A stretch of 64,000 bases of DNA from Candidatus Woesearchaeota archaeon (GTDB taxonomy: Archaea > Nanobdellota > Nanobdellia > UBA10117 > JABICX01). Numbering within the stretch: position 1 is the first letter of the stretch; every line of letters begins with the position of its first letter. Made by a program: the position numbers and the translations under genes. The DNA lies in NCBI GenBank assembly GCA_018652045.1, contig JABICX010000017.1, positions 6,293 through 70,292 of the forward strand, read 5' to 3'. A model generated the notes under the pieces. The model had not been told where the DNA came from and ran no database searches. It saw only the letters and a program-made list of their open reading frames with translations. Below are positions 10,305 through 19,900 of this stretch, piece by piece.

Positions 10305-10719
10305 TATGACAAACAGGGAAACCATGCAAGCAAGCGAACTTCTTCAGAAAGGTGCTTGTATTGGAAAACACACTCTTGCAGTATTTCATACAGATCAGTC
10401 ACTTGATGCTATCTATCATGGCGACATTATTATCTTTGCAGATGATGTTGATGTACAGGTAGGTGTAGATAAAAAAATGGTCTTAACTGGTTCAGAATTT
10501 TCATTATACAATGCACGATCGTATTATGTTAAAGAAGATACTACACAATTTCACGAGCAAGCAGGTATGCGTCCTTTAAGCAATCATAAAATAATGCGCG
10601 GTGTACACGTCCCATGGATTGAAGAACTTCTAGCCCATGAAGGTGTTAAAACAGATAAGAAAGATACACCTGCACATGAATTTGTAAACGAAGCTACTCG
10701 TGCAGCACATATAGCTTAG
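10305..10719 (+). CDS. Hypothetical protein inserted between spt5 and rpl11 on the opposite strand
   Basis: ORF 10198..10719 trimmed to ATG at 10305 (MTNRETMQ) to avoid overlap with the rpl11 start. His-rich; no recognizable motifs. Confidence 0.4.
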
Positions 10720-11217
10720 TTAGTCTTCAGAATCGTCTTTCTTTCCAATAACTTTTACAGAATCTAAAGCAATTGTGATTGGGATCGGAACTGCTGCTTC
10801 TAACAACTCGACAATAATCTCTGCTTTCTGTGTATTGATTCTTGTGACCTTTGCTTTCTCGCCCTTGAAAGGACCTGCAATGATCTGACAAATATCACCC
10901 AGGTGAATATCAACATTCTCTGCTTTAAACTCAATAAGATGTTCAACCTCTTCGTATGAAACTGGCTTTGGTAATATACCTCGAACATACGGAACTCTAA
11001 ATGCAATCTGCTTAACTGCTGTATCACTATCTGCTTCAATAAGAATATAACCACTCATACCGTGTGGATAGACTAGACTATGTACGCTACCCATCTTTTT
11101 TGCATTGCTAGATAGGAAGTCCATTACTTGGTCTTCTCTGCCAATTGCAGTACGTACAATATACAACTTTACCTGCATCTCTTCTTCTTTTACAGGTGCT
11201 TTCTTTTCTTCAGTCAT
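10720..11217 (-). CDS. spt5: Transcription elongation factor Spt5 (NusG homolog)
   Basis: NGN domain (VKLYIVRTAIGREDQV) and KOW motif (GDICQIIAGPFKGEKAKV). The true start may be the internal MQVKLY. Confidence 0.85.
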   Translation of the reverse strand: MTEEKKAPVKEEEMQVKLYIVRTAIGREDQVMDFLSSNAKKMGSVHSLVYPHGMSGYILIEADSDTAVKQIAFRVPYVRGILPKPVSYEEVEHLIEFKAENVDIHLGDICQIIAGPFKGEKAKVTRINTQKAEIIVELLEAAVPIPITIALDSVKVIGKKDDSED

Positions 11218-11263
11218 CTTAATCTCCGATTGAGACTAGCCAATTGCTAGCCAATTTGTGCAG

Positions 11264-11500
11264 TTATTTGAGCAACTCCACAGCCAGGAAAATAGCAAAG
11301 CCAATGACGCCTACGATCATAATACCCAATCCAGTGACCTTAACTACTGCGATAAATTCCTCGCGGTCTGGCTTTTTTGTGATTCTATATACTCTTCGCC
11401 ATTCTTTAAGTTTTCGCTTTAGCTTGTCGGGCCACTCTGATGGTGATCCTATACTAACTTTAGGCATCTCTAACTTATCTAAATCCATATTAAGAACCAT
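11264..11500 (-). CDS. secE: Protein translocase subunit SecE (Sec61-gamma)
   Basis: 78-aa protein with a single C-terminal TM helix (GLGIMIVGVIGFAIFLAV). Conserved position upstream of spt5. Confidence 0.7.
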   Translation of the reverse strand: MVLNMDLDKLEMPKVSIGSPSEWPDKLKRKLKEWRRVYRITKKPDREEFIAVVKVTGLGIMIVGVIGFAIFLAVELLK

Positions 11501-11531
11501 AAAAAGAGGTTTATAAGCTTTTTCTACGTGG

Positions 11532-12797
11532 TCAGTCTACAAACTCAATTCCCAGGTGTTCAGAAAGGTCTCTTCGCTTCTTATCAGAATATGTTCTTCG
11601 AGGTCCGAAGATCTGCGGTGATTTTACACCAACTACGACCAGCATAGTTCTTACAGTATTCTGAAGATCTGGGCTAAGCTGTGCTCCCCAGATGATCTTT
11701 GCGTTATCATCAAGCTTCTCGGATACGGTTTCTACAACCTTCTGAGCCTCTTCTAGACTCATGTTTGCGCCACCAACTACGTTAATCAGTGCGCCAGTTG
11801 CTCCAGATATCTCGACATCTAACAAAGGATTTTGAATCGCTTTCTCTACTGATTCGATTGCGCGGTGTTCTGTATCTGACTCACCAACTCCGATCATAGC
11901 AATTCCGCCAGAAGACATTACTGCCTTAATATCTGCAAAGTCTAAGTTGATCAAACCTGGCTTTGTAATAAGCTCTGCGATCCCCTTTACTGCGTTAGTA
12001 AGAATCTCGTCTGCAACCTTAAACGCTGTCTGCAAAGGTAGATCTGGTGCTAGCTCAACTAGCTTATCATTTGGTATTACAATAAGTGTGTCAACAAGGC
12101 CCTCTAAAGCCTCTAGACCCATCATAGCATTCTCGTATCTTTGCTGACCTTCCATTGTAAATGGAAGTGTAACAATTGCAACAGTTAGTATTCCTAACTT
12201 CTTTGCGATCTCAGCAATTATTGGAACGGATCCCGTTCCAGTTCCACCACCAAGACCACAGGTTAAGAAAACCATGTGCGAATCTTTTAAGATGGCTTTA
12301 ATATCATTCTCAGACTCATGTGCTGCTTCTTTTCCAATCTCGGGGTTGGAACCTGATCCAAGACCGGCGGTTATCTCCTTCCCAATCAATAACTTGCGAT
12401 CTGCGATCGACTTTAATAGATCTTGAGCGTCAGTATTTACTGCGATCGTTTGTGCGCCAATAACTCCGATCTCAGCGATACGTGTAATCGTGTTGTTTCC
12501 TGCGCCACCACATCCAACAACCTTAATTCGAGCCTTCTTTGCCTGAAGAATCTTCTGAAGTTCTTCGTCATCTGCACTTATCTGTGGCTTTGACTCTTCT
12601 TGGTAACTAAAACTTGGTGCTGCAGCTGGTTGTGGTGCAGGTTGTGCAAAAGAAGGTGTGACTGGTTGTGGTTGTGGTTCTGGATCAGAACCGCCAAATC
12701 CAAAATCAAAGGGTTGTGATTCAGAAGTAGACTTTGTAGATTGTTGTTCAGCTTCGCGATCTGCACGTTCTTGCGCACTCTCAATAAAGGACTCCAT
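11532..12797 (-). CDS. ftsZ: Cell division GTPase FtsZ with ~85-aa low-complexity N-terminal extension
   Basis: Tubulin signature GGGTGTG, followed by [10 protein letters not shown] and NTDAQ. Confidence 0.9.
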   Translation of the reverse strand: MESFIESAQERADREAEQQSTKSTSESQPFDFGFGGSDPEPQPQPVTPSFAQPAPQPAAAPSFSYQEESKPQISADDEELQKILQAKKARIKVVGCGGAGNNTITRIAEIGVIGAQTIAVNTDAQDLLKSIADRKLLIGKEITAGLGSGSNPEIGKEAAHESENDIKAILKDSHMVFLTCGLGGGTGTGSVPIIAEIAKKLGILTVAIVTLPFTMEGQQRYENAMMGLEALEGLVDTLIVIPNDKLVELAPDLPLQTAFKVADEILTNAVKGIAELITKPGLINLDFADIKAVMSSGGIAMIGVGESDTEHRAIESVEKAIQNPLLDVEISGATGALINVVGGANMSLEEAQKVVETVSEKLDDNAKIIWGAQLSPDLQNTVRTMLVVVGVKSPQIFGPRRTYSDKKRRDLSEHLGIEFVD

Positions 12798-12852
12798 GAT
12801 ACCAGAATTAGTGCTAGATTTTTTATAAGGTTTCCTAGCTTTTAGAAGATAA

Positions 12853-13497
12853 TTATCCCGCGAACTTGATACTAATGCCTGCTACGTGTTTCTCAATCTC
12901 CTTAGAAATCACGTCAGTAATTTGTTTAGGAACTTGCTGATCTAGCTTCAGAGTAGCGGTTTTTTCCTTAATGGAAACTTCGCAAGGAATACCTAAGAGC
13001 TTTGTTATAGATTCCACTTGCGTTTGCTTATCCGTTATAATCTTACGAACCTTAGCCCAATAATGTAACTCTTTTCCAGAAAGTGGATGATTAAAGTCAA
13101 GTATTACTCTGCCACCTGAAACACTTCTAACGGTAGCCATAGCACCATCAACATCTAACTGCATACCTGGAATTGGATTGATATCCTTCTTCTTTAGCAC
13201 AGATAATGAAGTTAGTTGAATCAATTTTGGATTCTTTCTACCAAACGCGTCCTCTGGCTTAAGATCAAACTCAAACTCTGCACCTACTTCTTTTCCAGAT
13301 ACTGCGACGTCAAAACCTGCGATTAGCTGTCCTGAGCCAATACACGCGACCATTGGTTCAAACTTACCTTGCGCAGCTATACCTTCTTTCTTAGCAATAG
13401 CCTCGACAGTAAGATCAAATATCTGGCCTGTAGACTTAATCCTACCTACGAAATCTAATTCGATAAAGTCTCCTTTTTTTGTTTTGACCATAACCAT
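12853..13497 (-). CDS. FKBP-type peptidyl-prolyl cis-trans isomerase (long archaeal type)
   Basis: Opens with the archaeal FKBP/SlyD-like N-terminus (MVKTKKGDFIELDFVGRIKSTGQIFD); 214 aa. Confidence 0.7.
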   Translation of the reverse strand: MVMVKTKKGDFIELDFVGRIKSTGQIFDLTVEAIAKKEGIAAQGKFEPMVACIGSGQLIAGFDVAVSGKEVGAEFEFDLKPEDAFGRKNPKLIQLTSLSVLKKKDINPIPGMQLDVDGAMATVRSVSGGRVILDFNHPLSGKELHYWAKVRKIITDKQTQVESITKLLGIPCEVSIKEKTATLKLDQQVPKQITDVISKEIEKHVAGISIKFAG

Positions 13498-13524
13498 GCT
13501 AAGAGAGTCTACTTAAAAGTCTTT

Positions 13525-13965
13525 CTAGAATAGGAACTGCCAAACATAGAATCCATCATTTGGCGAGATCGGTAAGATATTTACACCAAATGAAACAAAA
13601 GATGCGGTAATCAATACTAATAACAAGATCTTACTAACGTCACTCCGATTAGCACCAAAGTAAAACAAAAGTCCTAAACACGCAATTACTAAGTTTGCCA
13701 GAGGTCCTGCAACCGCGATTGCTGCGTCAGTACCTACGGTTTCTGAGTGTTCTGATTCATACTGAACATATGCGATGTTTGACTCTGCTGACAGAAAACC
13801 ACTGATATTATCGTCTGGTTGAGTAAAGTGCATCTCTGGATGATTACCACCAAGATCTGCTACAGCATAGTGTGCGCCTTCATGAGCTAATACATTGAAT
13901 CCAATGCTAGCTACAAATACTGCTACGAAAAGTGCTGCTAGTGCTGTAAACTTTACTACTTTCAT
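13525..13965 (-). CDS. Small membrane zinc metalloprotease-like protein (HExxH plus NxxPxxxDG, site-2-protease-like)
   Basis: Signal/TM segment, HEGAH motif, C-terminal NILPISPNDG in a hydrophobic segment. Confidence 0.4.
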   Translation of the reverse strand: MKVVKFTALAALFVAVFVASIGFNVLAHEGAHYAVADLGGNHPEMHFTQPDDNISGFLSAESNIAYVQYESEHSETVGTDAAIAVAGPLANLVIACLGLLFYFGANRSDVSKILLLVLITASFVSFGVNILPISPNDGFYVWQFLF

Positions 13966-13991
13966 TAATTAGTAGTACACTTTATTGCTTT

Positions 13992-16658
13992 TTAAGCCTT
14001 ACTCTTTACCATTTTGTATACTTCACTGACCAAAACGACTGTGAAACCAATACCTACCACCCATATCCAATCTAGCGCCGCCAGAGGAGTTGTACCAAAA
14101 GCTGCGTTAAAGAACGGTACATATACAACAATTAACTGCAAAATAACTGAGCTAGAGACTGCTAGCAATAACCATTTATTATTCCAGAAAGACCGACTAA
14201 AGACACTTCGTTCAGTCCTAGAGTTAAAGACATTCCACATCTGGAACATTACTATCGTAGAAAATGCCATCGTTCTAGCATACGCCAAATCTTGTGCTAG
14301 ATACTTATAGAAAACACCAACAGTACCAATCATAACCACAACACCTACAACTGCTATAAACGCCCACATCTGCTTGTCGATTGTAGACTCCTGCGAACTT
14401 CTAGGTGGCCGGCTCATGATATTCTTTTCCGGCGGATCAATACCAAGTGCTAATGCAGGCACACCATCTGTCAACAGATTCATCCACAGTATCTGCACCG
14501 CGATCAAAGGTAGCGCCAATCCCATCAATGAAGCTGCAAAAATCGTAAGAACCTCCCCAACATTTGATGAAAGTAGATAACGAATAAAGTTCTTAATATT
14601 ATCATATATACCTCGACCTTCTTCAACCGCTTTTACAATCGTAGCGAAGTTGTCGTTCTGCAGAACCATCGCACTTGCCTCTTTAGCGACATCGGTTCCA
14701 ACAATACCCATCGCAATACCAATATCTGCGTTCTTTAATGCAGGCGCATCATTAACACCATCACCAGTCATTGCAACTACCTCTCCGTGCTTCTGCCAGG
14801 CTTTCAATATCCTTACTTTATGTTCTGGCGAGACTCGTGCATACACATTAATACCTCGCAACTTCGTGTAAAACTCTGTTGGATTCAATCGATCAAGTTC
14901 AGCGCCAGTCATAACCTCTGCACCATCAAGTATCCCCAACTGATCTGCGATTGCTTTAGCAGTTGCTTCATGATCGCCTGTAATCATAATAGTTCGAATC
15001 CCTGCTTTCTTACAGATCTCAATAGCAGGTTTAACCTCTTCTCTTGGCGGATCAATCATTCCTTGCAAACCAACAAAAACGAGCCCTTTCTCTACGGTTT
15101 TTGCGTCAAACTTCGTAACATTCGCAGGCAGCACACGATATGCCATACCAAGAACTCGCAGAGCACCTTCCGCCATCTTTCGGTTAGCGTTAAGGATCTC
15201 CTTGCGGTCCTTTGAAGTAATCTTTTTCACAGATCCGTTCTTGAATATATGCGTACATCTAGCAAGTAAAAGTTCTGGAGCCCCTTTAACGTAAGCTATC
15301 TTCTTCTTTGTCGGAGTTGAATACGCGATAGTCATTAACTTTCTAACTGAATCAAATGGAATCTCTCCAATGTGTTTATACTTTCGAAGTAGATTGTCTT
15401 TCAGAATCTTGGCTTTATACGCCGAAACAATCAACGCGCCTTCAGTTGGATCACCATATACACCCCAACGACGATTCTTCTCAAGTCTTGCAGTTGTACA
15501 TAACGTACCAATGGTAAGCACCAGACTTAGCGCACGATTAGCTAACGCATTTACACTTTTCTTTCCAGAAAAGAACTGCCCAACAGGCGAATAACCTGCG
15601 CCAGTAACGGTAACAATCTTTCCGTCAACATATATCTGCTGTACAGTCATCTCGTTCTTTGTCAAAGTTCCAGTCTTATCTGAACAAATAACTGTGGTAG
15701 CTCCCAAAGTCTCAACTGCCGGTAGCTTTCTTATTAATGACTTAGCTTTAGCCATACGAGTTAGTCCTAACGCAAGAGTAATCGTAACAATGGCTGGCAA
15801 ACCTTCTGGAACTGCTGCGACTGCTAATGCAATAGATGTTATTAGCATATCAAAGAGCTCTCCACCACGGAACATACCTAACCCAAAGATAGCGACTGCG
15901 ATGAGTATAACTGCAACTCCAATAGTTTTACCGACATGTGCTAGTTTTTTCTGTAAGGGTGTATCTCGCTCATCAGTATCCTGTATCATCTTAGCAACTC
16001 TCCCAATCTCAGTATCCATTGCTGTAGAGACGACAATCGCAGTACCTCGACCGCGAGTAACTGCAGTATTCATAAATATCATGTCTTTACGGTCTGCTAC
16101 TGCTGCCTTGGCAACAACTTTATCACCTAATTTCTCTACTGGCGTTGACTCGCCAGTAAGCGTTGATTCATCTATCTGCAAGCTAAAAGATTCTATAATA
16201 CGTGCGTCAGCAGGCACTCTCGCACCTTCTTCAACCAAAATGATATCGCCAACAACAAGCTTCTGAGCAGCAATTATCTGTATCTTTCCATCACGAATAA
16301 CATTGGCCTTTGGTGCAGATAGTTTCTTCAGAGCCTCAATCGCTTTTTCTGCACGATATTCCTGAACAAAACCCAGCACACCATTTACGATAACAATAAT
16401 CGCTATAACTGCTGCGTCAACCATCTCACCAACAGCAACAGAAATAAGTACTGCTGCAATCAGAAGTAGCACTAACAGACTTTCGAACTGTTCAGCAAAG
16501 ATCAAAAGAGGTGACTTACCTTTAGCCTTCTTCAACACGTTTGGTCCATTCTTTCTGAGACGTTCAGTAGATTCCCTGGAAGATAAACCTTTTTCGTTAG
16601 ACTTCAGTTCACTGAAAACTTGCTCTTTAGAAAGAGAATGCCAACTAATCTCACCCAT
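13992..16658 (-). CDS. P-type cation-transporting ATPase (P2-type, Ca2+-ATPase-like)
   Basis: DKTGTLT, TGDGVNDAPAL, PEGLP in M4, TGES actuator motif; 888 aa. Confidence 0.9.
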   Translation of the reverse strand: MGEISWHSLSKEQVFSELKSNEKGLSSRESTERLRKNGPNVLKKAKGKSPLLIFAEQFESLLVLLLIAAVLISVAVGEMVDAAVIAIIVIVNGVLGFVQEYRAEKAIEALKKLSAPKANVIRDGKIQIIAAQKLVVGDIILVEEGARVPADARIIESFSLQIDESTLTGESTPVEKLGDKVVAKAAVADRKDMIFMNTAVTRGRGTAIVVSTAMDTEIGRVAKMIQDTDERDTPLQKKLAHVGKTIGVAVILIAVAIFGLGMFRGGELFDMLITSIALAVAAVPEGLPAIVTITLALGLTRMAKAKSLIRKLPAVETLGATTVICSDKTGTLTKNEMTVQQIYVDGKIVTVTGAGYSPVGQFFSGKKSVNALANRALSLVLTIGTLCTTARLEKNRRWGVYGDPTEGALIVSAYKAKILKDNLLRKYKHIGEIPFDSVRKLMTIAYSTPTKKKIAYVKGAPELLLARCTHIFKNGSVKKITSKDRKEILNANRKMAEGALRVLGMAYRVLPANVTKFDAKTVEKGLVFVGLQGMIDPPREEVKPAIEICKKAGIRTIMITGDHEATAKAIADQLGILDGAEVMTGAELDRLNPTEFYTKLRGINVYARVSPEHKVRILKAWQKHGEVVAMTGDGVNDAPALKNADIGIAMGIVGTDVAKEASAMVLQNDNFATIVKAVEEGRGIYDNIKNFIRYLLSSNVGEVLTIFAASLMGLALPLIAVQILWMNLLTDGVPALALGIDPPEKNIMSRPPRSSQESTIDKQMWAFIAVVGVVVMIGTVGVFYKYLAQDLAYARTMAFSTIVMFQMWNVFNSRTERSVFSRSFWNNKWLLLAVSSSVILQLIVVYVPFFNAAFGTTPLAALDWIWVVGIGFTVVLVSEVYKMVKSKA

Positions 16659-16734
16659 ATCTGCAAGATACGCTAATTGTATAAATAACTTACCAAATCA
16701 AAGCTCTTATAAGGTTTTTGAACCAAATACAGAT

Positions 16735-17226
16735 ATGACAGATTTATCTGCTGTAACCGCAAGAGACTGCTCAGAAGAACAAAAAGAAATTACTAAAACG
16801 ATCTCTGAAGTAATGCTCGAGACTGGAAACGAAGGTTGGGTACAAAGCAGTGAAAAAGGAGTAGAGATGTGTTTAGACCCTGAAGCAACAGATCAAACTA
16901 TTCTTAGGGTAAGGGGTAAGTTCAAGAGTTATATAAAATTACCAACGACTGTAGACTACTTATTTTTAAACGATGGAATCTTAATTATTGGAACACCAAA
17001 CATACCGCATGAACTAAGCCCGCATTTTGACAACACAAAATTCCCACCACAACAACAGACATATAAGATCGGAGCAGGACAATGTATTACGATATGTGGT
17101 GAAACTCAACATAAATTTGAGCCAGAGCACCCAATTGGACACTCTTTATTCCTAATAGCAAAGGATATTGAAGGTAGACGCAATCCATACATTCCACCTT
17201 CACCAATACTTGATGAAGATTATTAG
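16735..17226 (+). CDS. Hypothetical protein
   Basis: 163-aa ORF with no recognizable motifs. Confidence 0.4.
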   Translation: MTDLSAVTARDCSEEQKEITKTISEVMLETGNEGWVQSSEKGVEMCLDPEATDQTILRVRGKFKSYIKLPTTVDYLFLNDGILIIGTPNIPHELSPHFDNTKFPPQQQTYKIGAGQCITICGETQHKFEPEHPIGHSLFLIAKDIEGRRNPYIPPSPILDEDY

Positions 17227-17274
17227 TTCTTAATCAAAACCTTTAAAACAGTCTCATTAACTACTTTTAACATT

Positions 17275-17348
17275 GGGGCGGTAGCTTAGTCTGGGAGAGC
17301 GCGCGACTGAAGATCGTGAGATCGTGGGTCCGAATCCCACCCACCCCA
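17275..17348 (+). tRNA. tRNA-Phe (anticodon GAA)
   Basis: Cloverleaf folded by hand. The anticodon stem (CGCGA/TCGTG) encloses the loop CTGAAGA, and the T-arm is GTGGG-TCCGAAT-CCCAC. One C-A mismatch in the acceptor stem. No encoded CCA. A TATA-like TTTAAAA element sits ~25 nt upstream. Confidence 0.8.
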
Positions 17349-17395
17349 TATTCTAATTCCAGAAACATTTTAAACCAATAAACATGCTTTTCTAC

Positions 17396-17501
17396 ATGTC
17401 ATCGAACAAAGTAAAGATGACATCTTTTGATTAATCCGAGCTAACGTAAGACGTTAGCGTGGTCCCATTGATCTTAGATCAATTAGGACTTTTGTCAAAA
17501 G
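17396..17501 (+). other. Cluster of four short palindromes/hairpins between tRNA-Phe and tRNA-Ser
   Basis: Four inverted repeats seen directly in the sequence: ATGTCATC..GATGACAT (17396-17423), GCTAACG..CGTTAGC (17440-17458), TTGATCT-T-AGATCAA (17468-17482), CTTTTG-T-CAAAAG (17489-17501). Confidence 0.5.
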
Positions 17502-17506
17502 ATTAT

Positions 17507-17588
17507 GCCGGGGTGGCACAGTCTGGTACTGCGCGGCCCTGCTAAGGCCGTTCCCTTGGGTTCATGGGTTCAAATCCCATCCCCGGCG
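17507..17588 (+). tRNA. tRNA-Ser (anticodon GCT), type II with long variable arm
   Basis: Acceptor GCCGGGG/CCCCGGC. The anticodon stem (CGGCC/GGCCG) encloses the loop CTGCTAA. Long variable arm. T-arm ATGGG-TTCAAAT-CCCAT. Confidence 0.85.
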
Positions 17589-17621
17589 CTATTTCTAACT
17601 ACTTATATAAAGATGATAAAA

Positions 17622-17890
17622 GTGGGCGAGCCTGAAGTTGACATATGAACCAACTACTGGTATTCCTCAAAGCCAACTCCACGCCGTATCTCTGAAGCAC
17701 ATTATGAACAAGCTACGGTTGCTGCATTCCTGCCCTGGCCGGGTTCACATGAACGTAATACCAACAGAGGCGACGCTTCGACGTCAACGATGAGGCCAAT
17801 AACCGGAACGTATGCCGCCCACAGGTTTTCAGTTCCCATAAAGATGATTTAGGGTAACAGCTGCGCACCTACATCAGCCAACCTAGCCCA
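17622..17890 (+). ncRNA. Candidate structured non-coding RNA of unknown class in a GC-rich ORF-free segment
   Basis: GC content is clearly above flanking DNA and there is no ORF of 60 aa or more on either strand. A TATA-like TTATATAA sits at 17603-17610 just upstream. The 5' TGGGCGAGC (17623-17631) can pair with the 3' CCTAGCCCA (17882-17890). Flanked by an 11-nt direct repeat (ATAAAGATGAT). Confidence 0.3.
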
Positions 17891-17965
17891 TCTTCAATCC
17901 ATTTTTCACCTTTAAAAAACTAACGAATAGGAGATCGTAAAGCGTATAAATGTTTCCTTACTTTT

Positions 17966-18400
17966 ATGAGTATGATAACTTTTCCGTGCATGAATTGGTA
18001 TTACTTTCGTGAATCATTACCATTCGACATAGATCATATCCAAGACATATATATGCAAAACGGATTTGCTGCTAAAGCTAAACATGAAATCTGGTCGCTA
18101 TTAGACAGTCCCCGCGTTGATATTGGAAAAGATAGATCAGGTAAGATCCGTGCTAAAGTCTGGTTGATGACGCCACAGTGTATCTTAGTTGAACATGCTC
18201 CAGGCATTACTGCTGTAGACGAAACGCTTAAGGATCTTTTAGCAGCACACTGGGAAGAAGTTTCATTAAGAAACGTATCCTGCCACACACCAAGTAGGAA
18301 ACGGCACAGTATTAGCCCAAATGAATTAAATCACATAAAAATGGAAATTATCGATCGAGTTATAGCACGACTTCCACTTACAGAAACAATTCGTGATTAA
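17966..18400 (+). CDS. Hypothetical protein
   Basis: 144-aa ORF with no motifs. Confidence 0.4.
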   Translation: MSMITFPCMNWYYFRESLPFDIDHIQDIYMQNGFAAKAKHEIWSLLDSPRVDIGKDRSGKIRAKVWLMTPQCILVEHAPGITAVDETLKDLLAAHWEEVSLRNVSCHTPSRKRHSISPNELNHIKMEIIDRVIARLPLTETIRD

Positions 18401-19566
18401 ATCCCAAGACTAGTTGTTATCTTGTTATACATGCGCTTATTGTGTTGCTCGATGAAGTTGAGATAGGGTAAGAAGTCTCTCTGCAGAACATGCGCAGAAC
18501 AGTGAAGCTTACCTTCTAACTGTGCAGCGATACCTTGTGCTTTTTTCTTCTTTGCTGCTCGTTGCCAGAGTCGGATGATCAACTTAGGTTTCTTATACAT
18601 AACAACATCTCTATTAGATTCTTTCTTTGCCTGTTGTACACCTACAACCGATAATACTCGAGCATAGTTCAAAAAACGCCAATGTTGTCTTCTACGAATA
18701 CGTTTAAGAAACACGTCACTCATACTCACCGACTCAATTGCAGCAGGTATAGATTTTATGTCATATTCCCAAGGTATGCTCTGCTCGAGCCACAGGTTTA
18801 GACTATTGATATCTTCTTTTATGTCATATGAAACTGCTAGTGCTTTTTTTGAGTCAAAACTCTTAAAGATAAATCGCATCGCGTCTGTTATAACTTCGTC
18901 TCGCTCACGATCCCAAAGGTAAAGATCTTCGTCAGAGATATTGCCATCTGCACCTAATGATTGCAGGTCATTTATTGCAGCGCGTAGATCACCATCAACT
19001 GTTGCAGCTAATTTTCGAACTGCGATCTCATCAAAAACTACATCCTCGCTTTTACATATACGTGTAAGTTGTTCAATAACCATCTGAGAACTTAACTTAT
19101 TCATCGCGATTGATTGACAATGATTTCGTAAGGTTTTGAACTTATCTGACCACGGATCATTCGCAGTTATGAATATCGGAAACTTTGTCTCCTTTATCAC
19201 ATCAACAACCGCGCCGACACCACCTCGATCTTTCTGGCCAGACATACCATCTACTTCATCAATCAAAATAATCTTACTTGCTCCAAAGATACTTGCTTGT
19301 TTAGTTGCAGGATCTAATATTTGCTTAACATGTTCCTTATTCCTAAAGTCTGATGCGTTGATCTCGACAATCTCTAAATTCGCTTGGTTAGCTAATGCAT
19401 AAACTAATGAAGTCTTACCGCAGCCCGGTGGACCATATAACAATAATGCTTTCTTAGGAGCTCTATTGAAAAGCTTCCAGAAAGTATATGCAGTAGTTAC
19501 TGCGCTAGACTGACCAATAACTTCATTGAGGTTCTTCGGCTGGTATTTTTGTACCCAAAGTTTCAT
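18397..19566 (-). CDS. rfcL: Replication factor C large subunit
   Basis: N-terminus at MKLWVQKYQPKNLNEVIGQ, followed by LLLYGPPGCGKTS and ILIDEVDGM. Start chosen at the internal Met. Confidence 0.85.
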   Translation of the reverse strand: MKLWVQKYQPKNLNEVIGQSSAVTTAYTFWKLFNRAPKKALLLYGPPGCGKTSLVYALANQANLEIVEINASDFRNKEHVKQILDPATKQASIFGASKIILIDEVDGMSGQKDRGGVGAVVDVIKETKFPIFITANDPWSDKFKTLRNHCQSIAMNKLSSQMVIEQLTRICKSEDVVFDEIAVRKLAATVDGDLRAAINDLQSLGADGNISDEDLYLWDRERDEVITDAMRFIFKSFDSKKALAVSYDIKEDINSLNLWLEQSIPWEYDIKSIPAAIESVSMSDVFLKRIRRRQHWRFLNYARVLSVVGVQQAKKESNRDVVMYKKPKLIIRLWQRAAKKKKAQGIAAQLEGKLHCSAHVLQRDFLPYLNFIEQHNKRMYNKITTSLGI

Positions 19567-19900
19567 CTTCCAATAGTTCAACAAAAACTGTCTCGTGCCC
19601 AACTAAATGATGTGCGATAAGCAGCTCTATATCTGTCGACTCACATAATATGCCTGCGTTTTCAGCAGCTTCTGTAGGTCTACTAACTTTAACATGATAA
19701 TTTATACCCCCGTCTACGCCACCTTCTCGAAGGTCGCCAACTAAAACAAATATTCTTTCGTAAAACGGTTCTTGTTCGACAGTTACACCAGTACTTCGCG
19801 CATGTACGTATCCTCGAGCTTTTTTCAGATAAGGATCTAATCGATGTGTACGAATATCATTTATATCTACTTCTTGGCCGTCAATCAGATCTGTCATCAT
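19523..19900 (-). CDS. Hypothetical protein filling the rfcS-rfcL gap
   Basis: ORF 19523..19984 trimmed to MMTDL at 19900. It overlaps the rfcS stop by ~20 nt and the rfcL start by ~44 nt, in different frames. No motifs, so it may be spurious. Confidence 0.35.
   Translation of the reverse strand: MMTDLIDGQEVDINDIRTHRLDPYLKKARGYVHARSTGVTVEQEPFYERIFVLVGDLREGGVDGGINYHVKVSRPTEAAENAGILCESTDIELLIAHHLVGHETVFVELLEDETLGTKIPAEEPQ

Noticed and set aside
11244-11516. Plus-strand ORF overlapping secE
   Set aside because: Antisense to the well-supported secE gene with no motifs, so likely spurious.
17590-17965. Protein-coding or tRNA content in the GC-rich segment
   Set aside because: No ORF of 60 aa or more in any frame, and no cloverleaf with a T-loop consensus could be folded by eye. 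Retained only as an unclassified ncRNA candidate.
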